DNA of 64,000 nucleotides from Gemmatimonadales bacterium (GCA_038228795.1 JBBROY010000019.1:2905-66904), one strand, 5' to 3'; positions 17,111-25,002 are shown, counted from the first letter of the stretch. The notes: generated from the letters alone by a model not told the origin. A program made the numbers and translations.

Positions 17111-17374
17111 ATGCTCTTGATGCTGACGCTCATCGTCGTCGCTCTCGTCGTGCTCGCGTTGGCCGGCTATCTCATCGCGATAGCGTGGGCTCTGATGGCG
17201 GCCCGGCGCAGTGTGGCCGCCATCGCCGACGGACTCGAAGCAGTGGCCGGCCACACCGCGCCGCTGCCGGACAAGCTCACCACGATCAACGGCGCGCTCA
17301 CGCAGCTCCTCACCGGCCTTCAGGCCGCCGACCGCCACCTCGGGCGCGTCGCCACCGTCTTCAAGCTCGGCTGA
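17111..17374 (+). CDS. Hydrogenase-associated single-pass membrane mini-protein, paralogue 5 (87 aa)
   Basis: Helix MLLMLTLIVVALVVLALAGYLIAIAWAL, then MAARRSV...AVAGHTAPLPDKLTTINGAL. Ends 26 nt before the large-subunit ATG. Confidence 0.65.
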   Translation: MLLMLTLIVVALVVLALAGYLIAIAWALMAARRSVAAIADGLEAVAGHTAPLPDKLTTINGALTQLLTGLQAADRHLGRVATVFKLG

Positions 17375-17400
17375 GCGACCGGCCGCGGAGTTAGCGAGTC

Positions 17401-19299
17401 ATGTGCTTCAAGAATCTTCCTGTCGAGTTCGACGCGCAGGGCAAGGCGTTTCTCAAGGACGGCGCCGGGAATCCTTACTCGACCGCGACCGCCGGTCCGC
17501 CCGGCGTTCCCAAGCAGCTGACATCGGAGCGGGTGGCCGAGCTGGTCAAGCGCAACGGACACGTCAAGGATGTCGATTTCGATCCGGTGACGCGCGTCGC
17601 CGGCGCGCTCGCCTTTCACACCGTCGCCGACGTGCGCGAGCGCAAGGTGATCGAAGCGCGCTCCGTCGCGACGCTGTTCCGCGGCTATGAGGTGATCATG
17701 ATCGGCCGCGATCCGCGCGACGCGATCTTCATCACGAGCCGCGCCTGCGGCGTGTGCGGCGGCGTGCACTCGACCTGTTCCGCGCTGGCGATCGAGATGG
17801 CGATCGGTTGCAATCCACCACCGCTCGGCGTGCTCATTCGCAATCTCGCGCTGGCGCTCGAGTTTCTCTACGACAACCCGTTGCACCTGCATCTGCTCGC
17901 CGGCCCCGACTACTCGGCCGCGATCGTCGAGGGGACGAATCCGGGATTGATCGAGCGCGCACGGCACACCGAGGCGAAGCACACCGCGGTGCATGGATAT
18001 AAGACGATTCTCGAATTGATGACCGACCTCAATCCGCTCAGCGGTGGCTTGTATCTCGAGGCGCTGCACATGACGCGCGTGGCGCGCGAAGCCTACGTGC
18101 TCATCTGCGGCAAGTATCCGCATCCGCAGACGATCGTGCCGGGCGGGATGAGCTCGACCATCAACCTGACCGTGATGAACGAGATGTACGTCCGCATGAG
18201 CCAGTTCTTCGATTACGGCAAGAAGATGGCGGGGATCTGGGATGATCTGACCGAGTTCTTTTACGAGGCGGATGAGAAGTACAAGATGGTGGGGGCGCGC
18301 CGCGCCAACATGATCGATACGGGCATCTTCGACCATCCCGACGCGTACGACGCGACGTACAAGAACGCGAGCGAGTGGGGCAATCGCAGGTGGGCGACGC
18401 CGGGCGCGATCGTCGACGGCCAACTCGTCACGACCGATCTGCACAAGATCAACATGGGGCTCGAGGAGTTCGTCGAGCACTCGTACTACGAGCCGTGGAC
18501 TGGCGATGGACAGAAACAGCGCTTCGCAACCGACGAGATCGGGCTGCCGCTCTCGCCCTATCACCCGTGGAACAAGGTGACGAAGCCCAAACCCGGCGCG
18601 CAGAGTTGGAAGGAGAAGTACACGTGGGACACCGCCCCACGGTGGGATCGGCTCGGTATGGAAGCGGGATGCTACGCGCGGCTCTGGAACACGGCTGTCG
18701 CGCGCAAGATGCCGGACAATCCATTCATCGAGTCGACCGGGCATTCGCTCAAGATTCGCTTGCCGCGCGGGAAGCTGCCCGAGATGGAGATCGAGTGGCA
18801 CGTGCCCAAGGTATGGAACGCGTTCGAGCGCAATCGTGCCCGCGCGTACTGCGTGGGCTGGGTCGCGATGACGGCGATGAATCAGTGGATGGCGGCGATG
18901 GAGCGCCTCAAGGATGGAGACACCAAGACGTCGACCAAGTTCGAGATCCCCAAGCGCGGCGAGCAGATGGGCGTCGGCTTCTGGGGCGCCGGTCGCGGAT
19001 ACCTCACGCACCATCTGGTGCTCGATCGCGGCGCGGTCGCCAACTACCAGATCGTCACGCCCTCGACGTGGAACGCGTCGCCGACCGATCGGTGGGGGCA
19101 GCCCGGTCCATACGAGGAGGCGGTGATGAATACGCCGCTCCTCGAGGAGTCGACCGATCCGGCGAAGTTCCGCGGCATCGACATCCTGCGCGCCATTCGT
19201 AGCTTCGACCCATGCATGCCGTGCACGACGCACATTCAGTCGGAGGCGGGTATGATCACGCGCGAGGTCAATACGTGCGCGTGCGGTCTGGACGATTGA
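17401..19299 (+). CDS. [NiFe]-hydrogenase large (catalytic) subunit
   Basis: N-terminal DPVTRVAGAL, L1 motif SRACGVCGGVHS, RGYEVIMIGRDPRD, L2 motif SFDPCMPCTTH followed by a 21-aa C-terminal extension. GGAG RBS lies upstream. Confidence 0.95.
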   Translation: MCFKNLPVEFDAQGKAFLKDGAGNPYSTATAGPPGVPKQLTSERVAELVKRNGHVKDVDFDPVTRVAGALAFHTVADVRERKVIEARSVATLFRGYEVIMIGRDPRDAIFITSRACGVCGGVHSTCSALAIEMAIGCNPPPLGVLIRNLALALEFLYDNPLHLHLLAGPDYSAAIVEGTNPGLIERARHTEAKHTAVHGYKTILELMTDLNPLSGGLYLEALHMTRVAREAYVLICGKYPHPQTIVPGGMSSTINLTVMNEMYVRMSQFFDYGKKMAGIWDDLTEFFYEADEKYKMVGARRANMIDTGIFDHPDAYDATYKNASEWGNRRWATPGAIVDGQLVTTDLHKINMGLEEFVEHSYYEPWTGDGQKQRFATDEIGLPLSPYHPWNKVTKPKPGAQSWKEKYTWDTAPRWDRLGMEAGCYARLWNTAVARKMPDNPFIESTGHSLKIRLPRGKLPEMEIEWHVPKVWNAFERNRARAYCVGWVAMTAMNQWMAAMERLKDGDTKTSTKFEIPKRGEQMGVGFWGAGRGYLTHHLVLDRGAVANYQIVTPSTWNASPTDRWGQPGPYEEAVMNTPLLEESTDPAKFRGIDILRAIRSFDPCMPCTTHIQSEAGMITREVNTCACGLDD

Positions 19300-19303
19300 C
19301 CGC

Positions 19304-19900
19304 ATGGCTCGCCGTACCGTGATGCGCACGGTGATCGGCGGCGTCGGTTATCGCAATCTGCGCGATCACTCGTTAGGCATCATGATGAGCGACGAGCTCG
19401 AGCCGGAAGCGCGCCCGCCGGCGCTGCTGGTCGAAGACTTGAGCTACGGCCCCGTGGCCGTCGGCCAGTGGCTGCTCGATGAGGCGCGCGACGCTCCCGA
19501 AGGACCGATCACGCGCGCGATCTTCATCTCGGCCATCGCGCGGGCAGACGGCCGCCCGCCAGGTACGATGTGCGCCTACCGGTGGGACCGCGTTCTTCCG
19601 TCGCCCGATGAAATTCAACGCTGCGTCACCGATGCGGTGACCGGCGTGATTCTGCTCGACAACACGCTGATCGTCACGGCGTGGATGGGCGCGCTCCCCG
19701 ATGACGTGATCGTGGTCGAAGTCGAGCCGATGGAGCACGCGTTCGGCGATGAGATGAGCGCGTCGGTCGCGGCCGCGTATGCTGAAGCCAAGCCGCTCGT
19801 GATGACGCTCGCGACCGACGTCGCCGCCTCGCGCGCGCTTCCGGTCATGCCCCTGGGCGGAGGCTGGGCGCGTACCGGCGTGTGGAGCCTCGCTCGATGA
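19304..19900 (+). CDS. Divergent HyaD/HybD-like hydrogenase maturation protease family protein
   Basis: MRTVIGGVGYRNLRDHSLG resembles the vlGiGN.l.gDdg.G N-terminus of the endopeptidases. About 198 aa. Starts 4 nt after the large subunit. Confidence 0.55.
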   Translation: MARRTVMRTVIGGVGYRNLRDHSLGIMMSDELEPEARPPALLVEDLSYGPVAVGQWLLDEARDAPEGPITRAIFISAIARADGRPPGTMCAYRWDRVLPSPDEIQRCVTDAVTGVILLDNTLIVTAWMGALPDDVIVVEVEPMEHAFGDEMSASVAAAYAEAKPLVMTLATDVAASRALPVMPLGGGWARTGVWSLAR

Positions 19901-20814
19901 CTGAGGCCGAGCGGGCGCCCGATGCCGATGGCGACTCGGGAGACGTCCTCGCGGAAGTCGAGCAGCTCATCGCCCTGCTCACGGCGCATACCGATCCAAT
20001 CGTCGGCGAGACCGTGACGGCGCTGCTCGACCGCGTCGACGCCGTACACCGTACCGCGCTCGCGCATCTCATGGGCGCCATCCAGTCGATGGCCGGTGAC
20101 GCCTTCGTCAACCGGCTCACCGGCGACCCGGCGATCCGGCTGCTGCTCATGTCATACGACCTGCTCGCCGTGGATCGGCGCACGCTGGCCGAGGAGGCAC
20201 TCGATGCGGTGCGCGGTCACCTCCACGCGCATGGCATCGACGTCGAGCTCGTCGAAGTACTCGGCGGCGTCGTCTCCGTTCGCCTGCACGGGGCGCCGAC
20301 GGACGATCCAGCATATGCGGGCGCGGTGCGAGACATCGGCCAAGCGTTGCAGACAGGGTTCCTTGGCTTTCAGGAGCTCGAGCTGCGCGACGGCAAAGGC
20401 GCGCGGCCGGTGTCGAAAGACTCGACGTTTCTGCCGCGGGAGGCACTGCAGCGGGCGTTTCGGCCGGTGTACTCGGCGATTTGCGCGGCCGCGGAGATTG
20501 CGCCCGGGAGCACTCGGAGCGCGATCGTGAACGGGATGCCCGTGCTGTTGGCAAACGTCGACGGCGAGTTCTACGCTGTTCGCAACGCATGCGGCGATGG
20601 TCCGCTCCCGCTCGACTACAGCACGCTCGACGGCGCCGAGCTCACGTGCAGCTGGCACCGCTGCCGCTACGACATGCGCACCGGCCACCGGTTGGACTAC
20701 CCGGAGGCATCGCAGGATGAGCAGTTGGTCGTGTACCCGGTGCGCGTTCGCGATGGCGTGATCGAAGTCGTGGTCGGCACCGCGCCGGCGAGCGCCAGCG
20801 CGGCGGGCACCTAG
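19897..20814 (+). CDS. NifU-C-like plus Rieske-like two-domain protein (HucE/HhyE-like putative Fe-S electron carrier)
   Basis: HGIDVELVEVLGGVVSVRLHG is NifU-C-like without CxxC. The C-terminal part, FYAVRNACGDGPLPL...LTCSWHRCRYDMRTGH...VYPVRVRDGVIEV, has Rieske/NirD-like fold motifs. ATGA overlap upstream. Confidence 0.6.
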   Translation: MTEAERAPDADGDSGDVLAEVEQLIALLTAHTDPIVGETVTALLDRVDAVHRTALAHLMGAIQSMAGDAFVNRLTGDPAIRLLLMSYDLLAVDRRTLAEEALDAVRGHLHAHGIDVELVEVLGGVVSVRLHGAPTDDPAYAGAVRDIGQALQTGFLGFQELELRDGKGARPVSKDSTFLPREALQRAFRPVYSAICAAAEIAPGSTRSAIVNGMPVLLANVDGEFYAVRNACGDGPLPLDYSTLDGAELTCSWHRCRYDMRTGHRLDYPEASQDEQLVVYPVRVRDGVIEVVVGTAPASASAAGT

Positions 20815-21305
20815 TGCGCACCCTCATCGCAGGTTTCGGCAACGTGCTGCGCGGCGACGATGGCTTCGGAGTCGAGGTGCTTCGGCGGCTCGGGGAGTGC
20901 GGCGTGGCGAGCGACTCGGTCGAGCTGCTCGATGTCGGGACTGGCGGCATCCGCTTGGCGCAGGAGCTGATCAATCCGTACGACCGCCTCATCATCATCG
21001 ACGCGACCACACGGGGAGGCGTGCCGGGAACGGTGTACGTCCTGGCCATCGACGGCGTCGAGGCGGCGCGCGAGATTGACATGCACACCGCGATACCGTC
21101 GGCCGCCCTGTCCGTCGCCAAAGCGTTGGGCGCGCTGCCGCCCGAGATCTTCTTGATTGGATGCGAGCCGGCGGAGGTGGATGATCTCGTGGTTGGGCTG
21201 TCGGCCGCCGTGAGCGTCGCCGCCGATGCGGCGGTGCAACGGGTTCATGAGCTGATGCGGAAGCAGAGTGCGTTTGCGCGAACGGAGGTGAGCAATGAGC
21301 GGTGA
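20814..21305 (+). CDS. Hydrogenase maturation endopeptidase (HyaD/HybD/HupD family)
   Basis: MRTLIAGFGNVLRGDDGFGVEV...LIIIDA...DMHTA...FLIGCEP are canonical protease motifs. GTG start. Confidence 0.88.
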   Translation: MRTLIAGFGNVLRGDDGFGVEVLRRLGECGVASDSVELLDVGTGGIRLAQELINPYDRLIIIDATTRGGVPGTVYVLAIDGVEAAREIDMHTAIPSAALSVAKALGALPPEIFLIGCEPAEVDDLVVGLSAAVSVAADAAVQRVHELMRKQSAFARTEVSNER

Positions 21306-21678
21306 CCAACCCGGCGACGATATTGCTCGCCGCGACGAGCTGCTGGAGCTGCTATACTGGCTCGAAGGCGAGGGCTTCCATGGCAACGCGACGTTGGACG
21401 GGATCGTCCGCTTCGTCGCGCACCCGGAAGCGCAGGTGCGTCACACGCTGAGCGACCTCGTGCGGCGCGGCGACGTGATCGTCCATCACGAGAGTGGCGA
21501 GCATCGCCTGACCGAGCCTGGCCGTCGCGAAGCGGCACGCCGATTCGCGGCGGAGTTCGCGCCGCTGTTGGGTCAGGGGCACGGCGAGTGTAGTGATCCG
21601 AATTGCGACTGTCACGAAAATCCAGGTGCGGCGGCCGAGTGTCATGCAGCGCGCGCCCATCAAGGTCACGAGCACTGA
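21295..21678 (+). CDS. Winged-helix-like protein with a C-terminal Cys/His-rich metal-binding tail
   Basis: LLELLYWLEGEGF...VRHTLSDLVRRGDVIV...HRLTEPGRREA is wHTH-like. Tail is GHGECSDPNCDCHENPGAAAECHAARAHQGHEH. Overlaps both neighbours. Confidence 0.5.
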   Translation: MSGDQPGDDIARRDELLELLYWLEGEGFHGNATLDGIVRFVAHPEAQVRHTLSDLVRRGDVIVHHESGEHRLTEPGRREAARRFAAEFAPLLGQGHGECSDPNCDCHENPGAAAECHAARAHQGHEH

Positions 21679-22448
21679 TGCGACTCGCCATTGCGGGAAA
21701 GGGCGGCACGGGAAAAACGACGATTGCCGGCACATTGGCGCGGATTCTCGCGCAGAGCGGCCGCCATGTGATCGCGATCGACGCCGATACCAATCCGAAT
21801 CTGGCGACGACGCTCGGGGTGCCGCCGGATCAGGTGCAGAGCATCGCGGCGCTCCCGCGCAACTTGATGGAGCGGCGCGCAAATGAAGACGGCACCACGA
21901 GGGTGGTGTTCACCGCGTCGCCGGCCGACGTGCTCGAACGGTTCGGCACGCGCGCGCCCGACGGCGTGCGACTGTTGATGATGGGCAAGGTCGATCACGG
22001 CGGCGCCGGTTGACTGTGCTCCGCCCACGCCACGGTCCGTGGCTTACTCGGAGAGATCGTCCAGAACAGCAGTGACGACAGCGACATCATCGTCGACATG
22101 GAGGCGGGCCTCGAGCATCTCTCGCGCGGCACCGGCCGGCATCTCTCGCGCTTCGTCGCCGTGCTCGAGCCGTACTACCGCTCGATGGAAACCGCCCGGC
22201 GCGTGGCGCTGCTCGCCAAAGAGCTGGGGATCGACGATGTCGTGGTGCTCGCGAACAAGGTGCGCGACGACGAGGATCGGCGCGCGATTGCCGAGTTCTG
22301 CGGCGCGCACGAGCTCAGCGTGGTGGGCGAGATCCCCTACGATGCGAGCCTGATCGAGACCGAGCGGCGTGGCGATGCTCCGGTCGAGCAGCGCCCGCAG
22401 GGCCCCGCGGTCACCGCGATCCGCGCGCTGGTTGATGTTCTCGCGTAG
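21678..22448 (+). CDS. CooC-type (MinD/ParA-class) nickel-insertion ATPase with one in-frame TGA (22011-22013): candidate selenoprotein, otherwise a pseudogene or split gene
   Basis: P-loop AIAGKGGTGKTT, GKVDHGGAG-[TGA]-LCSAHATVRGLL, DMEAGLEHLSRGT. Both ORF-track pieces (21603..22013 and 22098..22448) are in the same frame. Residues between them still read as CooC. Confidence 0.75.
22019..22053 (+). promoter_or_regulatory. SECIS-like bipartite stem-loop immediately downstream of the in-frame UGA
   Basis: Lower stem CUCCG (22019-22023) pairs with CGGAG (22049-22053). A 5x5 internal loop follows. Upper stem GCCAC (22029-22033) pairs with GUGGC (22039-22043). Apical loop is GGUCC. Confidence 0.35.
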
Positions 22449-24027
22449 GAAGAGACGCCACGGCTCGTGGCGCACCGTATCGGTGGTGGCGTCGGGCATG
22501 GCCGTCGTCTCATCGTCGCTCGCTCAAGTGAGCACGAGATCGCCGTCCACGATCGTCGCCGTCACCGGTACCGATCCGGCGCACCTCAACTCGGCCATCA
22601 CGACCGCGGGTGGCGTGCACACCATCGCGGGTTCGCTCTACGACGGACTCGTCGAGCTCGATTCCGCGGGCCGTCCATTGCCGGGGCTCGCCGAACGCTG
22701 GGACGTGAAGGACGGTGGGCGAACTTACGTATTTCACCTGCGACGCGATGTCGTGTGGCACGACGGCATTCGCTTCACGTCGCGCGACGTGACATACACG
22801 TTCACGGAGATGCTGCTCAAGTACTCGGCGCGCGCGAAGGCCGGCCTCGAGCCAGCCTTGTCCGGCATTGATGCGCCCGATGACACGACGGTCATCTTTC
22901 GCTTCAAGGCGCCGTACGCGCCGTTGCTCAAGCGACTGACTGTCGACGAGACGCCGATTCTGCCGCGCCATCTCTATGAGGGAACGGACCCGCTCACGAA
23001 TCCACATAACGCGAGTCCGGTCGGCACGGGACCGTATCGCTTCGTGGAGTGGGTGCGCGGCGATCGCATCGTCTTCGCCCGGAATCCACGGTACTTCATC
23101 AAGGGCCGCGCGCGCATCGACCGCGTCGTCTGGCGCATTCTGCCCAACGTCACCGCCCAAACCATCGCGCTCGAGCGAGGCGAAGTCGACTACCTCGGGG
23201 GCGTCGAGGGGTCGCAGCTCGCTCGCCTTCGAGCGGCGCCGGCCGTGCGGCTGGCGCGTCATCCCGCCGGCGCCGGTGGCGGGTGGTGCGTGAACACGCT
23301 CGTGCCCAACTTGCACCGCCACCCGCTCGACGATGCGCGAGTGCGGCGCGCGCTCAGCCTCTCGATCGACCGGGCCTTTCTCGCGAGCCGCCTATACCAA
23401 GGCACCGCCAGCCCGGCGCGCGGTCCCTTTCACACCGCGCTCGGCGCGACGGATCGCGTTGCGGCGCCACTCGCGTTTGACTCCGCCCGCGCCGACAGTC
23501 TCTTCGCCGCGGCCGGGATCGTTCGGCGCGCGGGTGGGTCGCGCCTTCAACTTCGCTTCAGCTACGGAACGCCCGGGTTCGAAGCGCTGGCCGAAACGCT
23601 GCGCGACCAGTTCGCGCGCGCCGGCGTCGAGTTAGTGCTCGATCCGATGGACTTCAATGCCGCGGTCGAGAAGGTGTACATCAAGCAGGACTTCGATCTC
23701 GGTGTGGCCTCGTACTGCAACGGCGCCGACCCCGACATCGGCGTGAAGCGCGTGTACGATTCGCGAAACATCCTTCCGATTCCATTCGGAAACGGCGCGG
23801 CATACCGCAATCCAGTCGTCGATTCACTCTTCGATCTGGCGGCCGCAACGCTCGACCCGGCGCGACGGAAACAGCTCTACGGCAGGCTGCAGCGCATCCT
23901 CCTCGACGACGTCCCCTATCTCTGGCTCGTCGAGACCGACGGGCTGCGCGCCTGGCGCGCCGAGGTGCGAGGTCTCCGCATCTGGAGCGGGCATACGTTC
24001 GACGAGGCGACGATCGTCGCGCACTGA
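22435..24027 (+). CDS. ABC transporter substrate-binding protein, family 5 (peptide/nickel, NikA/DppA-like)
   Basis: Signal-like N-terminus, then family-5 motifs (LVELD..G...PGLAERWDV.DGG.TYVFHLR.DV.WHDG). The start at 22435 overlaps the CooC-like gene by 14 nt. Confidence 0.85.
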   Translation: MFSRRKRRHGSWRTVSVVASGMAVVSSSLAQVSTRSPSTIVAVTGTDPAHLNSAITTAGGVHTIAGSLYDGLVELDSAGRPLPGLAERWDVKDGGRTYVFHLRRDVVWHDGIRFTSRDVTYTFTEMLLKYSARAKAGLEPALSGIDAPDDTTVIFRFKAPYAPLLKRLTVDETPILPRHLYEGTDPLTNPHNASPVGTGPYRFVEWVRGDRIVFARNPRYFIKGRARIDRVVWRILPNVTAQTIALERGEVDYLGGVEGSQLARLRAAPAVRLARHPAGAGGGWCVNTLVPNLHRHPLDDARVRRALSLSIDRAFLASRLYQGTASPARGPFHTALGATDRVAAPLAFDSARADSLFAAAGIVRRAGGSRLQLRFSYGTPGFEALAETLRDQFARAGVELVLDPMDFNAAVEKVYIKQDFDLGVASYCNGADPDIGVKRVYDSRNILPIPFGNGAAYRNPVVDSLFDLAAATLDPARRKQLYGRLQRILLDDVPYLWLVETDGLRAWRAEVRGLRIWSGHTFDEATIVAH

Positions 24028-24042
24028 TTGGACGGCGGCTCC

Positions 24043-25002
24043 ATGTGGCGCATCGTCGGCCGTCGGCTGGCGCTCGCGGTGCCGCTGCTGGTCGGTGTCG
24101 CGGCGATCAACTTCGCCCTGATCTCGCTCGTTCCCGGTGATCCCGTCGCCCTGCTCTTCGGCGAAGGCGGTGCGCCCGATGTGGCGACGCTGGCCGCGCT
24201 GCGCGCCAGACTCGCCCTGGACCGGCCACTCCCAGAACGATTCCTCGCCTATCTGAGCGAGCTGGCACACGGGCATCTCGGACAATCGATCGTGCAGGGA
24301 CGCTCGGTGACGGACGCGATCGCCGAGCGGCTGCCGGCGACGCTCCTGCTGGCGGGCACCGCATTGCTGCTCGCCGCCGTTTTCGGTGTGGGGCTCGGCC
24401 TCCTGCTCACGAGAATCGCGCAGCGAGCGCCTCGCCTCGAGCGCGCGGCGTTTCTCGCGTTGCTCCTGGGCGGGAATCAGCCGCCCTTCGTCGCCGGGCT
24501 GGTGCTCATGGTCGTCTTCGCGCTGGTGCTTGGCGTGCTGCCGAGCCAGGGAATGACGTCGGCTCGCAACGGCGGCCCGCTCGACATGATTGCCCATCTC
24601 GCGCTCCCCGCTCTAACGCTGGCGCTGCAGCCGATGTTTGGAGTGGCGCGCGTCACCCGCGCGCGGCTGCTCGACCTGTGGCAGCGCGACCACGTACGGA
24701 CCGCGCGCGCGAGCGGGATTCCGGAGTGGCGCATCCTCTGGCGGCACGTGCTGCGGAACGCGCTTACGGCGCCGCTCACGCTGCTCGCGCTCACCGCGGC
24801 GCACTGGGCTGGCGGCGCGGTGCTCACCGAAACGGTGTTCGCTTGGCCGGGCATCGGCCGCCTCGCCGTGGACGCGACATTGGCGCGCGACTATCCAATG
24901 ATTCTCGGCGTGATCTTGACCGGAACGTTGCTCGTCGTGGTGGCGAACCTGGCGGCCGATCTGCTGCTGGCCGTCGTCGACCCGAGGCTCCGGCATGACT
25001 GA
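24043..25002 (+). CDS. ABC transporter permease (NikB/DppB-like)
   Basis: MWRIVGRRLALAVPLLVGVAAINFALISLVPGDP is the typical N-terminus of this family. Multiple TM helices. Confidence 0.88.
   Translation: MWRIVGRRLALAVPLLVGVAAINFALISLVPGDPVALLFGEGGAPDVATLAALRARLALDRPLPERFLAYLSELAHGHLGQSIVQGRSVTDAIAERLPATLLLAGTALLLAAVFGVGLGLLLTRIAQRAPRLERAAFLALLLGGNQPPFVAGLVLMVVFALVLGVLPSQGMTSARNGGPLDMIAHLALPALTLALQPMFGVARVTRARLLDLWQRDHVRTARASGIPEWRILWRHVLRNALTAPLTLLALTAAHWAGGAVLTETVFAWPGIGRLAVDATLARDYPMILGVILTGTLLVVVANLAADLLLAVVDPRLRHD

Noticed and set aside
17320-19329. 669-aa minus-strand ORF antisense to the hydrogenase large subunit. Similar long antisense ORFs are 1205..2548, 2972..3997, 8206..8973, 12461..13300, 14808..15902, 22510..23322, 24613..25692, 48978..50069, 52022..53488 and 53320..54504.
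   Set aside because: All lie opposite genes with unmistakable family motifs. They are Arg/Ala/Gly/His-rich with no recognisable domains. This is the expected stop-codon-poor antisense frame of very GC-rich DNA.
21678-22448. Annotating the CooC-like region simply as two independent genes (21678..22013 and 22098..22448).
   Set aside because: The 84 nt between them are in frame and encode conserved CooC residues (LCSAHATVRGLL...DIIVD). The second piece would start inside the Walker-B/switch region (DMEAGLEH). A single gene with either Sec recoding or a nonsense lesion explains the sequence better.
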